Part shown: positions 1 to 12,300 of the stretch, one piece after another
Position numbering within the stretch: position 1 is the stretch's first letter
How the letters are laid out: the number at the start of each line of letters is the position of its first letter
Origin: Auanema rhodensis
Lineage: Eukaryota > Animalia > Nematoda
Direction of reading: 5' to 3'
Assembly (NCBI GenBank): GCA_964057225.1
Contig: OZ059894.1
Span: 21,266,001-21,330,000, forward strand
Length of the DNA stretch: 64,000 nucleotides
Made by a program: the position numbers and the translations under genes
Notes under the pieces: generated by a model
The model's database searches: none
The model's input: only the letters and a program-made list of their open reading frames with translations
Told to the model about the DNA's origin: nothing

Positions 1-55
1 GAAACGCTTAATACACAAATTAGTTATGATCGTTTGAAAAATGATGCATTAGTGT

Positions 56-83
56 ATGTTGAGTTTCCATGTACACTCAACAT
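56..83. other. Inverted repeat, 9-bp arms, repeated in every monomer
   Basis: ATGTTGAGT (56-64) and ACTCAACAT (75-83) are perfect reverse complements around a 10-nt spacer. Confidence 0.9.
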
Positions 84-96
84 TGCTTCCAAAAAC

Positions 97-131
97 ATTT
101 TGACAAAAATTTTTTCGAAAAATTTCAAAAT
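97..131. other. A/T-tract palindrome, repeated in every monomer
   Basis: Perfect 12-bp palindrome TTTTTCGAAAAA (111-122), flanked by ATTTTGA (97-103) and TCAAAAT (125-131). Confidence 0.85.
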
Positions 132-233
132 AATTTAGCAAAAAGTAGATGTTTTTAGATTTCTTTTTTTAAGGCAAAGACGATGGACAATGTTATTCAA
201 CGAAAAAATTAATTCTTCAGGGTGAAAATCGAG

Positions 234-255
234 GATATAAGTGTGAACTTATATC
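234..255. other. Inverted repeat, 9-bp arms with 4-nt loop, repeated in every monomer
   Basis: GATATAAGT (234-242) pairs with ACTTATATC (247-255). The loop is GTGA or GTAA. Confidence 0.9.
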
Positions 256-272
256 AGTTGATATCTCGGTGC

Positions 273-323
273 ATTTTTAAGCTAGCGCAAATCTGATAAC
301 ACAGATCGACGCAGCTTAAAAAT
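273..323. other. Long imperfect inverted repeat, repeated in every monomer
   Basis: ATTTTTAAGCT (273-283) pairs with AGCTTAAAAAT (313-323), GCG (285-287) with CGC (310-312), and ATCTG (291-295) with CAGAT (302-306). The loop is ATAACA. Confidence 0.9.
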
Positions 324-3300
324 CCGCATCGAATGCACTATACTACATTGAGAAACGCTTAATACAAAAATTAGTTATGATCGTTTGAAAAATGATGCAT
401 TAGTGTATGTTGAGTTTCCATGTACACTCAACATTGCTTCCAAAAACATTTTGACAAAAATTTTTTCGAAAAATTTCAAAATAATTTAGCAAAAAGTAGA
501 TGTTTTTAGATTTCTTTTTTCAAGGCAAAGACGATGGACAATGTTATTCAACGAAAAAATTAATTCTTCAGGGTGAAAATCGAGGATATAAGTGTAAACT
601 TATATCAGTTGATATCTCGGTGCATTTTTAAGCTAGCGCAAATCTGATAACACAGATCGACGCAGCTTAAAAATCCGCATCGAATGCACTATACTACATT
701 GAAAAACGCTTAATACAAAAATTAGTTATGATCGTTTGAAAAATGATGCATTAGTGTATGTTGAGTTTCCATGTACACTCAACATTGCTTCCAAAAACAT
801 TTTGACAAAAATTTTTTCGAAAAATTTCAGAATAATTCAGCAAAAAGTAGATGTTTTTAGATTCCTTTTTCCAAGGCAAAGACGATGGACAATGTTATTC
901 AACGAAAAAATTAATTCTTCAGGGTGAAAATCGAGGATATAAGTGTGAACTTATATCAGTTGATATCTCGGTGCATTTTTAAGCTAGCGCAAATCTGATA
1001 ACACAGATCGACGCAGCTTAAAAATCCGCATCGAATGCACTATACTACATTGAGAAACGTTTGATACAAAAATTAGTTATGATCGTTTGAAAAATGATGC
1101 ATTAGTGTATGTTGAGTTTCCATGTACACTCAACATTGCTTCCAAAAACATTTTGACAAAAATTTTTTCGAAAAATTTCAAAATAATTTAGCAAAAAGTA
1201 GATGTTTTTAGATTTCTTTTTTCAAGGCAAAGACGATGGACAATGTTATTCAACGAAAAAATTAATTCTTCAGGGTGAAAATCGAGGATATAAGTGTGAA
1301 CTTATATCAGTTGATATCTCGGTGCATTTTTAAGCTAGCGCAAATCTGATAACACAGATCGACGCAGCTTAAAAATCCGCATCGAATGCACTATACTACA
1401 TTGAGAAACGCTTAATACACAAATTAGTTATGATCGTTTGAAAAATGATGCATTAGTGTATGTTGAGTTTCCATGTACACTCAACATTGCTTCCAAAAAC
1501 ATTTTGACAAAAATTTTTTCGAAAAATTTCAAAATAATTTAGCAAAAAGTAGATGTTTTTAGATTTCTTTTTTCAAGGCAAAGACGATGGACAATGTTAT
1601 TCAACGAAAAAATTAATTCTTCAGGGTGAAAATCGAGGATATAAGTGTGAACATATATCAGTTGATATCTCGGTGCATTTTTAAGCTAGCGCAAATCGGA
1701 TAACACAGATGGACGCAGCTTAAAAATCCGCATCGAATGCACTATACTACATCAAGAAACTTTTAATACACAAATTAGTTATGATCGTTTGAAAAATGAT
1801 GCATTAGTGTATGTTGAGTTTCCATGTACACTCAACATTGCTTCCAAAAACATTTTGACAAAAATTTTTTCGAAAAATTTCAAAATAATTTAGCAAAAAG
1901 TAGATGTTTTTAGATTCCTTTTTTTAAGGCAAAGACGATGGACAATGTTATTCAACGAAAAAATTAATTCTTCAGGGTGAAAATCGAGGATATAAGTGTG
2001 AACTTATATCAGTTGATATCTCGGTGCATTTTTAAGCTAGCGCAAATCTGATAACACAGATCGACGCAGCTTAAAAATCCGCATCGAATGCACTATACTA
2101 CATTGAGAAACGCTTAATACAAAAATTAGTTATGATCGTTTGAAAAATGATGCATTAGTGTATGTTGAGTTTCCATGTACACTCAACATTGCTTCCAAAA
2201 ACATTTTGACAAAAATTTTTTCGAAAAATTTCAAAATAATTTAGCAAAAAGTAGATGTTTTTAGATTTCTTTTTTCAAGGCAAAGACGATGGACAATGTT
2301 ATTCAACGAAAAAATTAATTCTTCAGGGTGAAAATCGAGGATATAAGTGTAAACTTATATCAGTTGATATCTCGGTGCATTTTTAAGCTAGCGCAAATCT
2401 GATAACACAGATCGACGCAGCTTAAAAATCCGCATCGAATGCACTATACTACATTGAGAAACGCTTAATACAAAAATTAGTTATGATCGTTTGAAAAATG
2501 ATGCATTAGTGTATGTTGAGTTTCCATGTACACTCAACATTGCTTCCAAAAACATTTTGACAAAAATTTTTTCGAAAAATTTCAGAATAATTCAGCAAAA
2601 AGTAGATGTTTTTAGATTCCTTTTTCCAAGGCAAAGACGATGGACAATGTTATTCAACGAAAAAATTAATTCTTCAGGGTGAAAATCGAGGATATAAGTG
2701 TGAACTTATATCAGTTGATATCTCGGTGCATTTTTAAGCTAGCGCAAATCTGATAACACAGATCGACGCAGCTTAAAAATCCGCATCGAATGCACTATAC
2801 TACATTGAGAAACGTTTGATACAAAAATTAGTTATGATCGTTTGAAAAATGATGCATTAGTGTATGTTGAGTTTCCATGTACACTCAACATTGCTTCCAA
2901 AAACATTTTGACAAAAATTTTTTCGAAAAATTTCAAAATAATTTAGCAAAAAGTAGATGTTTTTAGATTTCTTTTTTCAAGGCAAAGACGATGGACAATG
3001 TTATTCAACGAAAAAATTAATTCTTCAGGGTGAAAATCGAGGATATAAGTGTAAACTTATATCAGTTGATATCTCGGTGCATTTTTAAGCTAGCGCAAAT
3101 CTGATAACACAGATCGACGCAGCTTAAAAATCCGCATCGAATGCACTATACTACATTGAGAAACGCTTAATACAAAAATTAGTTATGATCGTTTGAAAAA
3201 TGATGCATTAGTGTATGTTGAGTTTCCATGTACACTCAACATTGCTTCCAAAAACATTTTGACAAAAATTTTTTCGAAAAATTTCAGAATAATTCAGCAA

Positions 3301-6300
3301 AAAGTAGATGTTTTTAGATTCCTTTTTCCAAGGCAAAGACGATGGACAATGTTATTCAACGAAAAAATTAATTCTTCAGGGTGAAAATCGAGGATATAAG
3401 TGTGAACTTATATCAGTTGATATCTCGGTGCATTTTTAAGCTAGCGCAAATCTGATAACACAGATCGACGCAGCTTAAAAATCCGCATCGAATGCACTAT
3501 ACTACATTGAGAAACGTTTGATACAAAAATTAGTTATGATCGTTTGAAAAATGATGCATTAGTGTATGTTGAGTTTCCATGTACACTCAACATTGCTTCC
3601 AAAAACATTTTGACAAAAATTTTTTCGAAAAATTTCAAAATAATTTAGCAAAAAGTAGATGTTTTTAGATTTCTTTTTTCAAGGCAAAGACGATGGACAA
3701 TGTTATTCAACGAAAAAATTAATTCTTCAGGGTGAAAATCGAGGATATAAGTGTAAACTTATATCAGTTGATATCTCGGTGCATTTTTAAGCTAGCGCAA
3801 ATCTGATAACACAGATCGACGCAGCTTAAAAATCCGCATCGAATGCACTATACTACATTGAAAAACGTTTGATACAAAAATTAGTTATGATCGTTTGAAA
3901 AATGATGCATTAGTGTATGTTGAGTTTCCATGTACACTCAACATTGCTTCCAAAAACATTTTGACAAAAATTTTTTCGAAAAATTTCAGAATAATTCAGC
4001 AAAAAGTAGATGTTTTTAGATTCCTTTTTCCAAGGCAAAGACGATGGACAATGTTATTCAACGAAAAAATTAATTCTTCAGGGTGAAAATCGAGGATATA
4101 AGTGTGAACTTATATCAGTTGATATCTCGGTGCATTTTTAAGCTAGCGCAAATCTGATAACACAGATCGACGCAGCTTAAAAATCCGCATCGAATGCACT
4201 ATACTACATTGAGAAACGTTTGATACAAAAATTAGTTATGATCGTTTGAAAAATGATGCATTAGTGTATGTTGAGTTTCCATGTACACTCAACATTGCTT
4301 CCAAAAACATTTTGACAAAAATTTTTTCGAAAAATTTCAAAATAATTTAGCAAAAAGTAGATGTTTTTAGATTTCTTTTTTCAAGGCAAAGACGATGGAC
4401 AATGTTATTCAACGAAAAAATTAATTCTTCAGGGTGAAAATCGAGGATATAAGTGTGAACTTATATCAGTTGATATCTCGGTGCATTTTTAAGCTAGCGC
4501 AAATCTGATAACACAGATCGACGCAGCTTAAAAATCCGCATCGAATGCACTATACTACATTGAGAAACGCTTAATACAAAAATTAGTTATGATCGTTTGA
4601 AAAATGATGCATTAGTGTATGTTGAGTTTCCATGTACACTCAACATTGCTTCCAAAAACATTTTGACAAAAATTTTTTCGAAAAATTTCAAAATAATTTA
4701 GCAAAAAGTAGATGTTTTTAGATTTCTTTTTTCAAGGCAAAGACGATGGACAATGTTATTCAACGAAAAAATTAATTCTTCAGGGTGAAAATCGAGGATA
4801 TAAGTGTAAACTTATATCAGTTGATATCTCGGTGCATTTTTAAGCTAGCGCAAATCTGATAACACAGATCGACGCAGCTTAAAAATCCGCATCGAATGCA
4901 CTATACTACATTGAGAAACGCTTAATACAAAAATTAGTTATGATCGTTTGAAAAATGATGCATTAGTGTATGTTGAGTTTCCATGTACACTCAACATTGC
5001 TTCCAAAAACATTTTGACAAAAATTTTTTCGAAAAATTTCAGAATAATTCAGCAAAAAGTAGATGTTTTTAGATTCCTTTTTCCAAGGCAAAGACGATGG
5101 ACAATGTTATTCAACGAAAAAATTAATTCTTCAGGGTGAAAATCGAGGATATAAGTGTGAACTTATATCAGTTGATATCTCGGTGCATTTTTAAGCTAGC
5201 GCAAATCTGATAACACAGATCGACGCAGCTTAAAAATCCGCATCGAATGCACTATACTACATTGAGAAACGTTTGATACAAAAATTAGTTATGATCGTTT
5301 GAAAAATGATGCATTAGTGTATGTTGAGTTTCCATGTACACTCAACATTGCTTCCAAAAACATTTTGACAAAAATTTTTTCGAAAAATTTCAAAATAATT
5401 TAGCAAAAAGTAGATGTTTTTAGATTTCTTTTTTCAAGGCAAAGACGATGGACAATGTTATTCAACGAAAAAATTAATTCTTCAGGGTGAAAATCGAGGA
5501 TATAAGTGTAAACTTATATCAGTTGATATCTCGGTGCATTTTTAAGCTAGCGCAAATCTGATAACACAGATCGACGCAGCTTAAAAATCCGCATCGAATG
5601 CACTATACTACATTGAGAAACGCTTAATACAAAAATTAGTTATGATCGTTTGAAAAATGATGCATTAGTGTATGTTGAGTTTCCATGTACACTCAACATT
5701 GCTTCCAAAAACATTTTGACAAAAATTTTTTCGAAAAATTTCAGAATAATTCAGCAAAAAGTAGATGTTTTTAGATTCCTTTTTCCAAGGCAAAGACGAT
5801 GGACAATGTTATTCAACGAAAAAATTAATTCTTCAGGGTGAAAATCGAGGATATAAGTGTGAACTTATATCAGTTGATATCTCGGTGCATTTTTAAGCTA
5901 GCGCAAATCTGATAACACAGATCGACGCAGCTTAAAAATCCGCATCGAATGCACTATACTACATTGAGAAACGTTTGATACAAAAATTAGTTATGATCGT
6001 TTGAAAAATGATGCATTAGTGTATGTTGAGTTTCCATGTACACTCAACATTGCTTCCAAAAACATTTTGACAAAAATTTTTTCGAAAAATTTCAGAATAA
6101 TTCAGCAAAAAGTAGATGTTTTTAGATTCCTTTTTCCAAGGCAAAGACGATGGACAATGTTATTCAACGAAAAAATTAATTCTTCAGGGTGAAAATCGAG
6201 GATATAAGTGTGAACTTATATCAGTTGATATCTCGGTGCATTTTTAAGCTAGCGCAAATCTGATAACACAGATCGACGCAGCTTAAAAATCCGCATCGAA

Positions 6301-9300
6301 TGCACTATACTACATTGAGAAACGTTTGATACAAAAATTAGTTATGATCGTTTGAAAAATGATGCATTAGTGTATGTTGAGTTTCCATGTACACTCAACA
6401 TTGCTTCCAAAAACATTTTGACAAAAATTTTTTCGAAAAATTTCAAAATAATTTAGCAAAAAGTAGATGTTTTTAGATTCCTTTTTTTAAGGCAAAGACG
6501 ATGGACAATGTTATTCAACGAAAAAATTAATTCTTCAGGGTGAAAATCGAGGATATAAGTGTGAACTTATATCAGTTGATATCTCGGTGCATTTTTAAGC
6601 TAGCGCAAATCTGATAACACAGATCGACGCAGCTTAAAAATCCGCATCGAATGCACTATACTTCATTGAGAAACGCTTAATACACAAATTAGTTATGATC
6701 GTTTGAAAAATGATGCATTAGTGTATGTTGAGTTTCCATGTACACTCAACATTGCTTCCAAAAACATTTTGACAAAAATTTTTTCGAAAAATTTCAAAAT
6801 AATTTAGCAAAAAGTAGATGTTTTTAGATTTCTTTTTTCAAGGCAAAGACGATGGACAATGTTATTCAACGAAAAAATTAATTCTTCAGGGTGAAAATCG
6901 AGGATATAAGTGTAAACTTATATCAGTTGATATCTCGGTGCATTTTTAAGCTAGCGCAAATCTGATAACACAGATCGACGCAGCTTAAAAATCCGCATCG
7001 AATGCACTATACTACATTGAGAAACGCTTAATACAAAAATTAGTTATGATCGTTTGAAAAATGATGCATTAGTGTATGTTGAGTTTCCATGTACACTCAA
7101 CATTGCTTCCAAAAACATTTTGACAAAAATTTTTTCGAAAAATTTCAGAATAATTCAGCAAAAAGTAGATGTTTTTAGATTCCTTTTTCCAAGGCAAAGA
7201 CGATGGACAATGTTATTCAACGAAAAAATTAATTCTTCAGGGTGAAAATCGAGGATATAAGTGTGAACTTATATCAGTTGATATCTCGGTGCATTTTTAA
7301 GCTAGCGCAAATCTGATAACACAGATCGACGCAGCTTAAAAATCCGCATCGAATGCACTATACTACATTGAGAAACGTTTGATACAAAAATTAGTTATGA
7401 TCGTTTGAAAAATGATGCATTAGTGTATGTTGAGTTTCCATGTACACTCAACATTGCTTCCAAAAACATTTTGACAAAAATTTTTTCGAAAAATTTCAGA
7501 ATAATTCAGCAAAAAGTAGATGTTTTTAGATTCCTTTTTCCAAGGCAAAGACGATGGACAATGTTATTCAACGAAAAAATTAATTCTTCAGGGTGAAAAT
7601 CGAGGATATAAGTGTGAACTTATATCAGTTGATATCTCGGTGCATTTTTAAGCTAGCGCAAATCTGATAACACAGATCGACGCAGCTTAAAAATCCGCAT
7701 CGAATGCACTATACTACATTGAGAAACGTTTGATACAAAAATTAGTTATGATCGTTTGAAAAATGATGCATTAGTGTATGTTGAGTTTCCATGTACACTC
7801 AACATTGCTTCCAAAAACATTTTGACAAAAATTTTTTCGAAAAATTTCAGAATAATTCAGCAAAAAGTAGATGTTTTTAGATTCCTTTTTCCAAGGCAAA
7901 GACGATGGACAATGTTATTCAACGAAAAAATTAATTCTTCAGGGTGAAAATCGAGGATATAAGTGTGAACTTATATCAGTTGATATCTCGGTGCATTTTT
8001 AAGCTAGCGCAAATCTGATAACACAGATCGACGCAGCTTAAAAATCCGCATCGAATGCACTATACTACATTGAGAAACGTTTGATACAAAAATTAGTTAT
8101 GATCGTTTGAAAAATGATGCATTAGTGTATGTTGAGTTTCCATGTACACTCAACATTGCTTCCAAAAACATTTTGACAAAAATTTTTTCGAAAAATTTCA
8201 AAATAATTTAGCAAAAAGTAGATGTTTTTAGATTCCTTTTTTTAAGGCAAAGACGATGGACAATGTTATTCAACGAAAAAATTAATTCTTCAGGGTGAAA
8301 ATCGAGGATATAAGTGTGAACTTATATCAGTTGATATCTCGGTGCATTTTTAAGCTAGCGCAAATCTGATAACACAGATCGACGCAGCTTAAAAATCCGC
8401 ATCGAATGCACTATACTACATTGAGAAACGCTTAATACACAAATTAGTTATGATCGTTTGAAAAATGATGCATTAGTGTATGTTGAGTTTCCATGTACAC
8501 TCAACATTGCTTCCAAAAACATTTTGACAAAAATTTTTTCGAAAAATTTCAAAATAATTTAGCAAAAAGTAGATGTTTTTAGATTTCTTTTTTCAAGGCA
8601 AAGACGATGGACAATGTTATTCAACGAAAAAATTAATTCTTCAGGGTGAAAATCGAGGATATAAGTGTAAACTTATATCAGTTGATATCTCGGTGCATTT
8701 TTAAGCTAGCGCAAATCTGATAACACAGATCGACGCAGCTTAAAAATCCGCATCGAATGCACTATACTACATTGAGAAACGCTTAATACAAAAATTAGTT
8801 ATGATCGTTTGAAAAATGATGCATTAGTGTATGTTGAGTTTCCATGTACACTCAACATTGCTTCCAAAAACATTTTGACAAAAATTTTTTCGAAAAATTT
8901 CAGAATAATTCAGCAAAAAGTAGATGTTTTTAGATTCCTTTTTCCAAGGCAAAGACGATGGACAATGTTATTCAACGAAAAAATTAATTCTTCAGGGTGA
9001 AAATCGAGGATATAAGTGTGAACTTATATCAGTTGATATCTCGGTGCATTTTTAAGCTAGCGCAAATCTGATAACACAGATCGACGCAGCTTAAAAATCC
9101 GCATCGAATGCACTATACTACATTGAGAAACGTTTGATACAAAAATTAGTTATGATCGTTTGAAAAATGATGCATTAGTGTATGTTGAGTTTCCATGTAC
9201 ACTCAACATTGCTTCCAAAAACATTTTGACAAAAATTTTTTCGAAAAATTTCAAAATAATTTAGCAAAAAGTAGATGTTTTTAGATTTCTTTTTTCAAGG

Positions 9301-12300
9301 CAAAGACGATGGACAATGTTATTCAACGAAAAAATTAATTCTTCAGGGTGAAAATCGAGGATATAAGTGTGAACTTATATCAGTTGATATCTCGGTGCAT
9401 TTTTAAGCTAGCGCAAATCTGATAACACAGATCGACGCAGCTTAAAAATCCGCATCGAATGCACTATACTACATTGAGAAACGCTTAATACACAAATTAG
9501 TTATGATCGTTTGAAAAATGATGCATTAGTGTATGTTGAGTTTCCATGTACACTCAACATTGCTTCCAAAAACATTTTGACAAAAATTTTTTCGAAAAAT
9601 TTCAAAATAATTTAGCAAAAAGTAGATGTTTTTAGATTTCTTTTTTCAAGGCAAAGACGATGGACAATGTTATTCAACGAAAAAATTAATTCTTCAGGGT
9701 GAAAATCGAGGATATAAGTGTAAACTTATATCAGTTGATATCTCGGTGCATTTTTAAGCTAGCGCAAATCTGATAACACAGATCGACGCAGCTTAAAAAT
9801 CCGCATCGAATGCACTATACTACATTGAGAAACGCTTAATACAAAAATTAGTTATGATCGTTTGAAAAATGATGCATTAGTGTATGTTGAGTTTCCATGT
9901 ACACTCAACATTGCTTCCAAAAACATTTTGACAAAAATTTTTTCGAAAAATTTCAGAATAATTCAGCAAAAAGTAGATGTTTTTAGATTTCTTTTTCCAA
10001 GGCAAAGACGATGGACAATGTTATTCAACGAAAAAATTAATTCTTCAGGGTGAAAATCGAGGATATAAGTGTGAACTTATATCAGTTGATATCTCGGTGC
10101 ATTTTTAAGCTAGCGCAAATCTGATAACACAGATCGACGCAGCTTAAAAATCCGCATCGAATGCACTATACTACATTGAGAAACGCTTAATACACAAATT
10201 AGTTATGATCGTTTGAAAAATGATGCATTAGTGTATGTTGAGTTTCCATGTACACTCAACATTGCTTCCAAAAACATTTTGACAAAAATTTTTTCGAAAA
10301 ATTTCAAAATAATTTAGCAAAAAGTAGATGTTTTTAGATTTCTTTTTTCAAGGCAAAGACGATGGACAATGTTATTCAACGAAAAAATTAATTCTTCAGG
10401 GTGAAAATCGAGGGTATAAGTGTGAACATATATCAGTTGATATCTCGGTGCATTTTTAAGCTAGCGCAAATCGGATAACACAGATCGACGCAGCTTAAAA
10501 ATCCGCATCGAATGCACTATACTACATTGAGAAACGCTTAATACACAAATTAGTTATGATCGTTTGAAAAATGATGCATTAGTGTATGTTGAGTTTCCAT
10601 GTACACTCAACATTGCTTCCAAAAACATTTTGACAAAAATTTTTTCGAAAAATTTCAAAATAATTTAGCAAAAAGTAGATGTTTTTAGATTTCTTTTTTC
10701 AAGGCAAAGACGATGGACAATGTTATTCAACGAAAAAATTAATTCTTCAGGGTGAAAATCGAGGATATAAGTGTGAACATATATCAGTTGATATCTCGGT
10801 GCATTTTTAAGCTAGCGCAAATCAGATAACACAGATCGACGCAGCTTAAAAATCCGCATCGAATGCACTATACTACATCAAGAAACTTTTAATACACAAA
10901 TTAGTTATGATCGTTTGAAAAATGATGCATTAGTGTATGTTGAGTTTCCATGTACACTCAACATTGCTTCCAAAAACATTTTGACAAAAATTTTTTCGAA
11001 AAATTTCAAAATAATTTAGCAAAAAGTAGATGTTTTTAGATTCCTTTTTTTAAGGCAAAGACGATGGACAATGTTATTCAACGAAAAAATTAATTCTTCA
11101 GGGTGAAAATCGAGGATATAAGTGTGAACTTATATCAGTTGATATCTCGGTGCATTTTTAAGCTAGCGCAAATCTGATAACACAGATCGACGCAGCTTAA
11201 AAATCCGCATCGAATGCACTATACTACATTGAGAAACGCTTAATACAAAAATTAGTTATGATCGTTTGAAAAATGATGCATTAGTGTATGTTGAGTTTCC
11301 ATGTACACTCAACATTGCTTCCAAAAACATTTTGACAAAACTTTTTTCGAAAAATTTCAAAATAATTTAGCTAAAAGTAGATGTTTTTAGATTCCTTTTT
11401 TCAAGGCAAAGACGATGGACAATGTTATTCAACGAAAAAATTAATTCTTCAGGGTGAAAATCGAGGATATAAGTGTGAACTTATATCAGTTGATATCTCG
11501 GTGCATTTTTAAGCTAGCGCAAATCTGATAACACAGATCGACGCAGCTTAAAAATCCGCATCGAATGCACTATACTACATTGAGAAACGCTTAATACACA
11601 AATTAGTTATGATCGTTTGAAAAATGATGCATTAGTGTATGTTGAGTTTCCATGTACACTCAACATTGCTTCCAAAAACATTTTGACAAAAATTTTTTCG
11701 AAAAATTTCAAAATAATTTAGCAAAAAGTAGATGTTTTTAGATTCCTTTTTTCAAGGCAAAGACGATGGACAATGTTATTCAACGAAAAAATTAATTCTT
11801 CAGGGTGAAAATCGAGGATATAAGTGTGAACTTATATCAGTTGATATCTCGGTGCATTTTTAAGCTAGCGCAAATCTGATAACACAGATCGACGCAGCTT
11901 AAAAATCCGCATCGAATGCACTATACTACATTGAGAAACGCTTAATACACAAATTAGTTATGATCGTTTGAAAAATGATGCATTAGTGTATGTTGAGTTT
12001 CCATGTACACTCAACATTGCTTCCAAAAACATTTTGACAAAAATTTTTTCGAAAAATTTCAAAATAATTTAGCAAAAAGTAGATGTTTTTAGATTTCTTT
12101 TTTCAAGGCAAAGACGATGGACAATGTTATTCAACGAAAAAATTAATTCTTCAGGGTGAAAATCGAGGATATAAGTGTAAACTTATATCAGTTGATATCT
12201 CGGTGCATTTTTAAGCTAGCGCAAATCTGATAACACAGATCGACGCAGCTTAAAAATCCGCATCGAATGCACTATACTACATTGAGAAACGCTTAATACA

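Larger units (their letters stand above)
1..351. repeat. Representative monomer (arbitrary phase)
   Basis: Hand count gives 52 C + 57 G of 351 bases (31% GC) and 12 CpG. It carries NsiI ATGCAT (44), BsrGI TGTACA (70), BstBI TTCGAA (114), AseI ATTAAT (208), EcoRV GATATC (260) and NheI GCTAGC (281) sites, which would give a 351-bp restriction ladder. Confidence 0.97.

Noticed and set aside
113-129. CENP-B box-like TTTCGAAAAATTTCAAA
   Set aside because: It matches TTCG....A but lacks the required CGGG half.
91-170. Helically phased A-tracts causing intrinsic curvature
   Set aside because: The tracts are abundant but spaced irregularly (about 9-14 bp) and in mixed orientation, so curvature cannot be supported without a bending calculation.
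1-351. 5S rRNA, tRNA, snRNA or spliced-leader tandem gene repeat
   Set aside because: I recognise no 5S sequence, cloverleaf, Pol III A/B boxes or SL exon on either strand.
1-351. Assignment to a named satellite family (e.g. Drosophila 1.688/359-bp or tenebrionid ~350-360-bp satellites)
   Set aside because: Length and AT content are similar, but I cannot recognise real sequence identity. A database search is needed.
214-385. Hammerhead ribozyme, as found in some animal satellites: CTGATAA (293-299)...GAAAC (352) on +, and CTGAAGA on - (220-214)
   Set aside because: The + strand motif lacks the essential G8 of CUGANGA, and stems I and II do not form. The - strand CUGAAGA has no stem II closing onto any downstream GAAA. 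An Infernal/RNAMotif search would be decisive.
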